Origin: Elusimicrobia bacterium GWA2_62_23
GTDB taxonomy: Bacteria; Elusimicrobiota; Elusimicrobia; Elusimicrobiales; UBA9959
Direction of reading: 5' to 3'
DNA: 64,000 bases
NCBI GenBank assembly: GCA_001799635.1
Contig: MGTV01000029.1
Span: 65,309 to 129,308 of the forward strand
Each line of letters opens with the position of its first letter. Within the stretch, counting starts at the first letter, position 1. Below are positions 20,380-27,763 of the stretch, in pieces. The notes below the pieces were generated by a model that was not told where the DNA came from, searched no databases, and saw nothing but the letters and a program-made list of their open reading frames with translations. The translations under genes were made by a program, and so were the position numbers.

Positions 20380-21092
20380 CGGGTAAATCTGTACTTCACT
20401 ATGTTCCAGGCCACTATGAAGCCGTCCAGCCACTTTATCTTCTTGCCCTGCGCGTAGGAGCGCGGGTGGTAGTCCACGTCCACCTCGGTGATGGGGTAGC
20501 GGCCGGTCTTGAGCACCTTGGCGGTGATCTCGGCGCAGAATTCGAAGCCCTTGGACTTTATGCCCAGTTCGTTGAACAGCCGCACCGGCATCACCTTGTA
20601 GCCGCAGGCCTGGTCGGTCAGGCGCGAACCGTAGAGCAGGTTGGTGAGGAAGGTGACTATCCTGTTCGCCAGCAGGGAGAGCAGGCGGATCTTGCCGAAG
20701 CCCTTGCGGCTCCTGGACCCGAACACGACTTCGGCCTTCTTCTCCAGGATGGGGGCCAGCAGCGGCAGGTAGTCGCCCGGGTCCAGTTCCAGGTCGGCGT
20801 CCTGCACTATCAGGTAGTCGCCCGTGGCGGCGGCGGCGCCCGTACGGACCGCCGCCCCCTTGCCCAGGTTGTGCTCGTGGTAGAGCACCCTTATTTTTTC
20901 AGTATCGCAAGGGAACCGCTCTTTGAGCAGTTCCCGGGTCCCGTCGGTGGAGCCGTCGCATACGATCAGAAGTTCCGTCTTTACCGGCAGCGGCAGGGCC
21001 GCTACCTTGTCTATTACCTGGAGGACGGTGTTCTTCTCGTTGTAGCAGGGTATTATTACCGAGAGCTTAAGCAACGGCCCTGCCTGGGTCAT
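20376..21092 (-). CDS. GT2 polyprenyl-phosphate-type glycosyltransferase (DPM1-like, soluble), paralogue A
   Basis: Starts at MTQAGPLLKLSVIIPCYNEKNTV (ATG 21092-21090, overlapping the DegT stop by 1 nt). It shows CDGSTDGT and VQDADLE. The longer track ORF is an Arg-rich extension into the DegT gene. Confidence 0.85.
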   Translation of the reverse strand: MTQAGPLLKLSVIIPCYNEKNTVLQVIDKVAALPLPVKTELLIVCDGSTDGTRELLKERFPCDTEKIRVLYHEHNLGKGAAVRTGAAAATGDYLIVQDADLELDPGDYLPLLAPILEKKAEVVFGSRSRKGFGKIRLLSLLANRIVTFLTNLLYGSRLTDQACGYKVMPVRLFNELGIKSKGFEFCAEITAKVLKTGRYPITEVDVDYHPRSYAQGKKIKWLDGFIVAWNIVKYRFTR

Positions 21093-22225
21093 TACCTCAC
21101 GGCCTCTTTGAGCGAATTCTTGACCGCGTCGGTCACGGCCTTGATCTGCTCGTCCGAGAGCTCGGGGTACATGGGCAGCGAGAACACGGTGTCCTGCACC
21201 GCGTCGCAGACCGGCAGGTCGCCGCGCTTGTAGCCGAGGTGCTTGTAGGCCTCCTGCAGGTGCAGCGTGATCGGGTAGTAGATCTGGTTGGCTATCCCCT
21301 GCTCGGTCAGGTGCTTCTGCGCGTTGTCGCGCTTGGCCTTGCTGTCGAAGCGGATGGTGTAGTAGTTGAACGAGTGGCGCGCGTTGGCGGGCACGAAGGG
21401 GGTCACGCAGACGCCCTGGAGGGCGGCGGCGTACTTTTCGGCCACTTTGTTGCGCATCTCGGTCCACTTCTCCACGTGCTTGAGGCGGATGGAGAGGATG
21501 GCGGCCTGCACGGTGTCGAGGCGGCTGTTGAAGCCTTCCATCTCGTGGTGGTAGCGCACCTTGCTGCCGTGGTTGCGCAGCTGGATGAGCGTGTCGTAGA
21601 TCTTCTGGTCGCTGGTGACTATCGCGCCGCCGTCGCCGAAGGCGCCGAGGTTCTTGGCCGGGAAGAAGCTGTAGGTGCCGCAGTGGCCTATGGAGCCTAG
21701 CATCTTCCAGTCCGTGCCGCCCATTTTGTACTTGCCGGTGAAGGCCTGCGCGGTGTCCTCGATGACTATGAGGTTATGCTTCTTGGCGAGCGCCATGAGG
21801 GCGTCCATGTCGCAGGGGTGGCCGTAGAGGTGCACCGGGGCGATGGCGCGGGTCTTGGAGGTGATCTTCTTCTCGACGGATTTGGGGTCGAGGCAGAAAG
21901 TGACGGGGTCGATGTCGGCGAACACCGGCACCGCGCCCACCTGGCTGATGGTCTCGGTGGTGGCGATGAAGGTGAAGGGGGAGGTGATGACCTCGTCGCC
22001 GGGCTTCACGCCGCTGGCGAGGTAGGCCATGCGCAGCGCGTCGGTGCCGTTGGCCACGCCCACGCAGAACTTGGCGCCGTTATGGGCGGCGAATTCGGCT
22101 TCGAACTTCTTTACTTCCTCGCCGAGGATGAAATTGGCTTTATTGAAAACGTTCTTTACGGCCGCTTCTATCTCGTCCTTGATGGGGGGATAGCCGGCGA
22201 GCATGTCTACCATGGGTACTTTCAT
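21092..22225 (-). CDS. DegT/DnrJ/EryC1/StrS-family PLP sugar aminotransferase (second copy; ArnB-like)
   Basis: 377 aa with ANGTDALRMAYLASGV and SFFPAKNLGAFGDGGA. A GGAGGA SD lies upstream of the ATG. Confidence 0.9.
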   Translation of the reverse strand: MKVPMVDMLAGYPPIKDEIEAAVKNVFNKANFILGEEVKKFEAEFAAHNGAKFCVGVANGTDALRMAYLASGVKPGDEVITSPFTFIATTETISQVGAVPVFADIDPVTFCLDPKSVEKKITSKTRAIAPVHLYGHPCDMDALMALAKKHNLIVIEDTAQAFTGKYKMGGTDWKMLGSIGHCGTYSFFPAKNLGAFGDGGAIVTSDQKIYDTLIQLRNHGSKVRYHHEMEGFNSRLDTVQAAILSIRLKHVEKWTEMRNKVAEKYAAALQGVCVTPFVPANARHSFNYYTIRFDSKAKRDNAQKHLTEQGIANQIYYPITLHLQEAYKHLGYKRGDLPVCDAVQDTVFSLPMYPELSDEQIKAVTDAVKNSLKEAVR

Positions 22226-22328
22226 TAGGGTGTCCTCCAGATCTGCCTGTTGCGGATATGACTTTATTATATTAAATGGCCGCCCCGGAAAGCCACGGCG
22301 GCCGGCTTTTGGGGGGGCGGCCCTCTTT

Positions 22329-22337
22329 TGTTATAAT
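22329..22337 (+). promoter_or_regulatory. Extended -10 promoter element (TGnTATAAT) for the GT2 gene at 22346
   Basis: TGTTATAAT at 22329-22337 ends 8 nt before the ATG. There is no SD in between, so the mRNA would be leaderless or nearly so. A G7 tract at 22311-22317 occupies the -35/spacer zone. Confidence 0.45.
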
Positions 22338-22345
22338 TTAGGCCG

Positions 22346-23062
22346 ATGAAAACCACCATAGTCATCCCGTCCTATAATGAGATGCGCACCCTGCCGGCGG
22401 TGCTGAAGGTCCTGGCCGGCGTAGCGCTGGACAAGGAAGTGATAGTGGTGGACGACGGCTCCAAGGACGGCACCCGGGAATGGCTGGACAAGGCCATAGC
22501 CGCCAAAGAGTTCCCCTACGACCTGAAGGTCATAAAACACGAGGTCAACAAGGGCAAGGGCGGCGCCCTCATCACCGGGTTCAACGCCGCGGCCGGTGAC
22601 ATAACCATAGTGCAGGACGCGGACCTGGAGTACGACCCCAACCAGATCCCGGGCCTGGTCCGCCCGATAGAAGAAGGCCGGGCGGACGCGGTTTTCGGCT
22701 CGCGCATGCTCTCCGGCAAGGCCGAAACTTACAGCCAGCTATACCTGGCCGGCAACAAGTTCCTCTCTTTCCTGGTGTCCCTGCTGTTCGGCCTGCGGAT
22801 GACCGACTCCTACACCTGCTACAAGGCTTTCCGGACGCCGCTGCTGCGCCGGCTGCGCCTGACCTCCAACGGCTTCGAAATAGAGGCGGAACTTTCCTGC
22901 AAGACGGCTTTCCTGGGCCTGCGCTTCGCCGAACTGCCCATCGTTTACACCTCCCGCTCCAGGCAGGAAGGCAAGAAGATCAATTACAGGGACGCCGTGA
23001 AAGGCGTGCTGAAAATACTCTGGCTGCGGCTCTCGCTGCGCCGGGCGGATCTTAAAGAATGA
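22346..23062 (+). CDS. GT2 polyprenyl-phosphate-type glycosyltransferase (DPM1-like), paralogue B
   Basis: 238 aa with TIVIPSYNE, VVDDGSKDGT and VQDADLEYD. It is collinear and clearly similar to the 20376-21092 protein. Confidence 0.85.
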   Translation: MKTTIVIPSYNEMRTLPAVLKVLAGVALDKEVIVVDDGSKDGTREWLDKAIAAKEFPYDLKVIKHEVNKGKGGALITGFNAAAGDITIVQDADLEYDPNQIPGLVRPIEEGRADAVFGSRMLSGKAETYSQLYLAGNKFLSFLVSLLFGLRMTDSYTCYKAFRTPLLRRLRLTSNGFEIEAELSCKTAFLGLRFAELPIVYTSRSRQEGKKINYRDAVKGVLKILWLRLSLRRADLKE

Positions 23063-23928
23063 GAGCACTTATAATAGGCGCGGACGGACAGGTGGGGGGC
23101 GTGCTCTCTTCGCTGTGCGTGCGGCGCCGCATAGAAGTTTATGGCACCGGGCTCGGAGGCCAGGGCTACCTGCATCTGAACCTCACCTCGCCCGCCACCA
23201 TCGCTCCCGCTTTCGAAAAGGCCAAACCCGACCTGGTGCTGCTCTGTTCGGCCATGACCGCCGTGGACGGCTGTGAAAAGAACCCTGAGCTGGCCCGCCG
23301 GGTAAACGCCGAGGGCCCGGCTTTAGTGGCCGAGGAATGCCGCAAGGGCGGGGCCAAGCTGGTTTATTTCTCCACCGAGTACGTATTCGACGGCAAGAAC
23401 GGGCCCTACGGCGAGGAAGACCCGGTGAACCCCATCAGCGTTTACGGTCGCACCAAGCTGGAAGGCGAGCGGGTCTGCCTGGCCGTGAAGGGCGCCCTCT
23501 CGGTGCGCACCACGGTGGTGTACTCCCATTCCCCGGAGTCCAAGAATTTCATCATGCAGTTGATCAGCAATTACCGCGCCGGCGCCAAAATGCGCGTACC
23601 TTCGGACCAGTATTCCAACCCCACTTACGCGCCCGAGCTGGCGGCCGCCGTGCTGGACCTGGCGGCGGCCGACGCCTCCGGAATTTACAACGTGACGGGC
23701 CCGGACTGGCTCAACCGCCATGAGTTCGCGCTGAAGGCCTGTGCCGCCTTCGGGTTCGACCCGGCTTTCATCGAGCCCCGGCTCACTTCGGAGCTGGGCC
23801 AGGCCGCGGCGCGGCCGCTCACCGCCGGGCTGAAGACGGACAAGCTGGCCGCCGCGCTGGGCCGCCGGCTGCCGCCCGTGGACGCCAGCCTGGCCAAGAT
23901 CGCCGCAATCCTTAAACAGTATGAATGA
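23059..23928 (+). CDS. rfbD: dTDP-4-dehydrorhamnose reductase (RmlD family)
   Basis: 289 aa. MRALIIGADGQVG is the N-terminal Rossmann motif, and STEYVFDG and YGRTK form the SDR Y-x3-K context. Confidence 0.8.
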   Translation: MRALIIGADGQVGGVLSSLCVRRRIEVYGTGLGGQGYLHLNLTSPATIAPAFEKAKPDLVLLCSAMTAVDGCEKNPELARRVNAEGPALVAEECRKGGAKLVYFSTEYVFDGKNGPYGEEDPVNPISVYGRTKLEGERVCLAVKGALSVRTTVVYSHSPESKNFIMQLISNYRAGAKMRVPSDQYSNPTYAPELAAAVLDLAAADASGIYNVTGPDWLNRHEFALKACAAFGFDPAFIEPRLTSELGQAAARPLTAGLKTDKLAAALGRRLPPVDASLAKIAAILKQYE

Positions 23929-24958
23929 CCTGCTGAGAAATTCCTGGCTTTACGCCCTGGCCTTCGTGCTGCCGCTGGTCCTTTCGCTGGCGCTGACGCC
24001 GGTGCTGCGGGCGCTGGCGCTGCGCTTCGGCCACCTGGACAGCCCCACCGACATCAAGACGCACAAGGCGCCTACTCCGCTCCTGGGCGGGGCGGCCATC
24101 TTCATAGCTTTCACGCTTTCGCTCCTGGCCATGCGCTTCTACACGTCCTTCCCCACCGGCACGCTGCGCGACCTGCGCGTTATCCTGCTGGGCGGCGGCG
24201 TGATGTTCACGCTGGGCTTCATAGACGACCTGTACAAACCGCACGGGCTGGGGGTAAAGACCAAGTTCGCCGTGCAGTTCGCGGTGGCGGCGTTCACCGC
24301 CCTGTACGGCATCCGCATAAATTTCATCCAGCCGGACTACCTGGCCTTCGCCCTGACGGTGCTCTGGATAGTGGGCGTCTCCAACGCTTTCAACATCATC
24401 GACATCATGGACGGCCTTTCGGCGGGGCAGGCGGCCCTGGCGGCCTTCGGCTTCCTGCTCATCGCCTTCCCGTCGGAGTCCATCTACGTGAACTTCGCCT
24501 CGGCCTCGCTGGCAGGCGCCGCGGCCGGCTTCCTGCCGTACAACTTCTCCAAGCGCCTCAAGATCTTCATGGGCGACTCGGGCAGCCTGCTCTGCGGCTT
24601 CGTGCTGGCCCTGGTGGCGCTCGGCACGCGCTACAGCGACGTGAACCCGCTCGGCGTGTACGCGCCGCTGTTCATCCTGGCGGTGCCCATCTACGACACC
24701 ATCTTCGTTTCCGTGCTGCGCCTGCGCCGCGGGCATTCCCCGTTCATCGGCAGCAAGGACCACTTCGCGCTGCGGCTCGAGAAGATCGGCTTCTCCCGGC
24801 GGCAGGTGGTGCGGCTGGCCTCCCTGGCCACGCTGGCGCTGGTCCTGTTCGCCTGGCTGATGACGCAGGTGCCGCTCGCCTGGGGCATAGTCATAGCCGG
24901 CATCCTCGGCCTCGAATCCGTCCTCATCGGCATCGCCATCGCCAAGATCAAAATATAG
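23921..24958 (+). CDS. Polyprenyl-phosphate HexNAc-1-phosphate transferase (MraY/WecA/WbpL family)
   Basis: 345 aa polytopic membrane protein with the family signatures IDDLYK and NAFNIIDIMDGL. Confidence 0.85.
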   Translation: MNDLLRNSWLYALAFVLPLVLSLALTPVLRALALRFGHLDSPTDIKTHKAPTPLLGGAAIFIAFTLSLLAMRFYTSFPTGTLRDLRVILLGGGVMFTLGFIDDLYKPHGLGVKTKFAVQFAVAAFTALYGIRINFIQPDYLAFALTVLWIVGVSNAFNIIDIMDGLSAGQAALAAFGFLLIAFPSESIYVNFASASLAGAAAGFLPYNFSKRLKIFMGDSGSLLCGFVLALVALGTRYSDVNPLGVYAPLFILAVPIYDTIFVSVLRLRRGHSPFIGSKDHFALRLEKIGFSRRQVVRLASLATLALVLFAWLMTQVPLAWGIVIAGILGLESVLIGIAIAKIKI

Positions 24959-25021
24959 GGAGTCGGCATGTTCTCCTCCTTCGCTGAGCGGGCGCGGCAG
25001 AAGAGGGCCTGCGTGTTCGCG

Positions 25022-25148
25022 GGCGTCAACGGGTATGCCTTCTTCGGGTACGCGGTCTCGAACACCGTTCTCGCCGCTCGTCGCTCGGCCTCGTCGCTTG
25101 CGTAAGCCTCGGCCTCCGCGACGCCCCTCCGAAGGCACACCCGTCGCC
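25022..25148. repeat. Intergenic hairpin-type repeat element, copy A (homologous core to 38243-38404)
   Basis: The core CTCGGCCTCGTCGCTTGCGTAAGCCTCGG (25084-25112) matches 38307-38335 at 28 of 29 nt. It is flanked by an imperfect inverted repeat, GGCGTCAACGGGTATGCC / GGCACACCCGTCGCC. Confidence 0.55.
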
Positions 25149-25197
25149 GTCCGCTTCTTTTACTCGGCCTGCTTAGAAGGCGGTGAGTCGGAGGGAC

Positions 25198-25315
25198 GGA
25201 CGGGGCATTGGTCCGAGCGCCATTTGGGGAGGGGGGGGCTCCGCCGCCGAAGGCGGTGGAGGGGAACCGCGCAACGGTTCCCTGCAGTCATGGCGAGCGG
25301 ACCAATGCCCCGTCC
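25198..25315. repeat. 118-nt multi-stem palindromic element (possible structured RNA or REP/MITE-like element)
   Basis: A perfect 18-bp outer stem, GGACGGGGCATTGGTCCG (25198-25215) / CGGACCAATGCCCCGTCC (25298-25315). Inner hairpins are CCGCC..GGCGG and GGGAACCG..CGGTTCCC. A G8 tract sits at 25231-25238. Confidence 0.6.
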
Positions 25316-25355
25316 GGACCGACTTAATGCCCGCGAACTTGCAGGCCTGCCGTCT

Positions 25356-26060
25356 TCAGTTGGTGTAGTCGGTGCGGAGGAGGAGTTTGAGGCAGTTGGA
25401 GGTTTCGCGCAGGGCGGCGAGTTTGGAGACGCCGGCGGCGCGGGCGCGCATGGTGACCGGGACTTCGGTTACCTTCCAGCCGCGCCGCAGGACCTTGATG
25501 AGCAGTTCGGCGTCCAGGGCGAAGCCCTCCGTTTCAAAACGGAGGGCTTTCAGCTTGTCGGCCCGGTAGAGCTTGAAGATCTGGGTGTAGGAGGTGACGT
25601 TGCGGCCGAAGCGCAGGCGCAGCAGGGCGTTGGCGCCCCAGGTGAGCAGCCGGCGCGGCAGCGGCAGGCCGCGAAAGCCCCCCAGGAACGGCGAGCCGCA
25701 GACGCAGTCGGCTCCGGTGCTCTTGGCCGCCTCCAGCAGGCGGCGGGCGTCGGCCGGGTCGAAGGAGAGGTCGGCCTCCATGAAAAGGATATACCGGCCG
25801 CGGGCCGCGGCCACGGCCCGTTCCAGCGAGGCCCTGAAGGAGTAGCGGCCGCCCGCCAGCGCGGTGACGCCGGGGCGGCTGCCGGCCAGCCGCCAGAGCA
25901 GGTCCAGCGTGCCGTCGGCGCTGCCGCCGTCCGAGAAAATGACCTCGTGGGAAGGCAGCGCCGCGGCCAGCGGGGCCAGCAGGGCGTCGCCGTAGGAGGC
26001 GGCGCAGGCCGCCTCGTCCAGGCAGGGGATTATGACGGAAACTTCGGGGGCGTTCTCCAC
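25356..26060 (-). CDS. GT2 glycosyltransferase (polyprenyl-phosphate sugar synthase-like)
   Basis: 234 aa with VSVIIPCLDEA, FSDGGSADGT and a FMEADLSFD DxD-type motif. Confidence 0.8.
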   Translation of the reverse strand: MENAPEVSVIIPCLDEAACAASYGDALLAPLAAALPSHEVIFSDGGSADGTLDLLWRLAGSRPGVTALAGGRYSFRASLERAVAAARGRYILFMEADLSFDPADARRLLEAAKSTGADCVCGSPFLGGFRGLPLPRRLLTWGANALLRLRFGRNVTSYTQIFKLYRADKLKALRFETEGFALDAELLIKVLRRGWKVTEVPVTMRARAAGVSKLAALRETSNCLKLLLRTDYTN

Positions 26061-26083
26061 CCCGATATTCTAGTAAATAAGAC

Positions 26084-26476
26084 TTACTCCGTGGTTATCG
26101 CGAATTCCGGAGGATTGTGCATGGTACGCTTTACCAGGCACTGCTCCGCGGCCTTTATCACCGCGCCCTTGTACTTTTCGGGGAAATCCTTGGGGAGCAC
26201 GATCCTGAAAGAGATCTTCTTCATCAGGTGCGCCTCCGGGTCCCAGTCCATTTCCTGCACAATTTCCAGCCCTTCGGTACTGAGGCCGCGGCTCTGGATG
26301 AAACCCAGCACGAAGATGCCCGCGCAGGTGCCAAGCGAAGCCAGGAACAGGTCGAAAGGCGCGGGCGCGGAACCTTCTCCGCCTCCGCCCGCGGGCTGGT
26401 CGGTCATGATCTCGAAACCGTGCCACAGGGCGGCCACTTTCTTGCCGCCGGGAAAAGTTATTTTCATTTCGCTCAT
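26084..26476 (-). CDS. OsmC-family protein
   Basis: 130 aa with PFDLFLASLGTCAGI and a C-terminal CLVKRTMHNP, the two conserved Cys contexts of OsmC/Ohr-like proteins. Confidence 0.85.
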   Translation of the reverse strand: MSEMKITFPGGKKVAALWHGFEIMTDQPAGGGGEGSAPAPFDLFLASLGTCAGIFVLGFIQSRGLSTEGLEIVQEMDWDPEAHLMKKISFRIVLPKDFPEKYKGAVIKAAEQCLVKRTMHNPPEFAITTE

Positions 26477-26514
26477 GGTAGTCTCCTTGTTCTGCCCTCA
26501 ATAGTTAGATGTGA

Positions 26515-26545
26515 AAAGAGCCTGAAAGTTTCAGGCTCTTTCTCC
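26515..26545 (-). terminator. Hairpin terminator downstream of the HD-GYP gene
   Basis: The palindrome AAAGAGCCTGAAA-G-TTTCAGGCTCTTT (26515-26541) is followed on the minus strand by a T4 tail. Confidence 0.5.
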
Positions 26546-26562
26546 TCCGGGGCCCTGGCGCG

Positions 26563-27723
26563 TCAGAAGTTGTGGCGGTGCAGCTCTTTGGTGATGCCGG
26601 GGATGATGGTGGTCTTCCCGTCTCCGACGGCGTGCATCTTCACTATCTCGCCGTACATCTTGTCGAAAGCGTCCACTATGGCCGGGTCGAAGGCCTTGCC
26701 GCTCTCCTCCAGGATGTACTGGCGGGCCTTCTCGGTGTCCCACTTGGGCTTGTACACGCGCGGCATGCAGAGGGCGTCGAACACGTCGGCCACCGAGACT
26801 ATGCGGGCGTAAAGCGGGATCTGGTCGCCCTTCAGGCGGGCCGGGTAGCCGGAGCCGTCGAACTTCTCGTGGTGGGAACCGGCCACCTTGCAGGCGATCT
26901 GCAGCAGGGAGCTCTCGGCGTTGCAGAGGATCTTGGCGCCGTAGACGGTGTGCTTCTTCATTTCCTCGAATTCTTCCGGGGTCAGCTTGCCCGGCTTGAG
27001 GAGGATGGCGTCCGCTATGCCTACCTTGCCTATGTCGTGCAGGGGACTGGCGTAGCGCAGGTTCTCCACCTCGCGCTCGGGCATGCCCAGACCCTGGGCG
27101 ATGATGGCGGAATATTCGCTGATATGGCGCAGGTGGATGGCGGTGTCCTGCTGGTCGCGGTATTCGGCCGTGACGGCCAGGCGGTAAATGGTCTCGAGCT
27201 GGGATTTGGACAGGCTCTCGTAGAGCTGGGCGTTCTCGATGCCCGAGGCCGCCAGCGAGCTGATGAGCTGCAGGATGCCTTCCTCTTCCACCGCGAAAGG
27301 CGTGCCGTTCTTGTTCATCGCCTCGAAAACGCCGATGATGCTGCCGCCCACGTTCTTGAGGGGGACGGCCAGCACGCTGCGCGTGCGGTAGCCGGTCAGG
27401 CGGTCCAGGTCGTGGTTGAAGCGCTGGTCCTGGTAGGCGTCCTTGATATTGATGATCTGTCCGGAGGAGGCCACGTGCCCGACGATGCCCTTGCCGAAGG
27501 GCACGCGGATCTCGGTGTGCTGCATGCCCAGCGCCACCTTGCTCCAGAGCTCGTTGGTCTGGCGGTCCAGGATGAAGACGCTGCAGCGGTCGCAGTTAAG
27601 GATGGTCTTGACCTGCTCGGCTATCAGCTCGAGCAGCTTGTTCAGGTTTGTCTCTTTGGAAACGACCCCGCCGAAGTTGACGAGCAGGCGCAGGCGGTTT
27701 TCCAGTTCTTCGGTCCTGGTCAT
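26563..27723 (-). CDS. GAF-domain / HD-GYP-domain protein (putative c-di-GMP phosphodiesterase)
   Basis: 386 aa with an N-terminal GAF-like region. It carries PLHDIGKVGI (HD) and HHEKFDGSGYP (GYP). Confidence 0.85.
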   Translation of the reverse strand: MTRTEELENRLRLLVNFGGVVSKETNLNKLLELIAEQVKTILNCDRCSVFILDRQTNELWSKVALGMQHTEIRVPFGKGIVGHVASSGQIINIKDAYQDQRFNHDLDRLTGYRTRSVLAVPLKNVGGSIIGVFEAMNKNGTPFAVEEEGILQLISSLAASGIENAQLYESLSKSQLETIYRLAVTAEYRDQQDTAIHLRHISEYSAIIAQGLGMPEREVENLRYASPLHDIGKVGIADAILLKPGKLTPEEFEEMKKHTVYGAKILCNAESSLLQIACKVAGSHHEKFDGSGYPARLKGDQIPLYARIVSVADVFDALCMPRVYKPKWDTEKARQYILEESGKAFDPAIVDAFDKMYGEIVKMHAVGDGKTTIIPGITKELHRHNF

Positions 27724-27763
27724 AATATTATTCTAGCATTATCCCCGCGAAAAACGGCGGCGG

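Noticed and set aside
25198-25315. Possible SRP RNA, 6S RNA, tmRNA or tRNA in the 400-bp gap
   Set aside because: I found no tRNA cloverleaf with T-loop GTTCRANYC context. There is no SRP domain IV-like AGGUCAGGUCCGGAAGGAAGCAGC motif and no tmRNA tag reading frame. It is kept only as an unclassified structured element.
25035-26504. 489-aa + strand ORF spanning the long intergenic gap and two genes
   Set aside because: It overlaps the GT2 and OsmC genes on the other strand. Its 5' part runs through the palindromic repeat elements, and it has no motifs.
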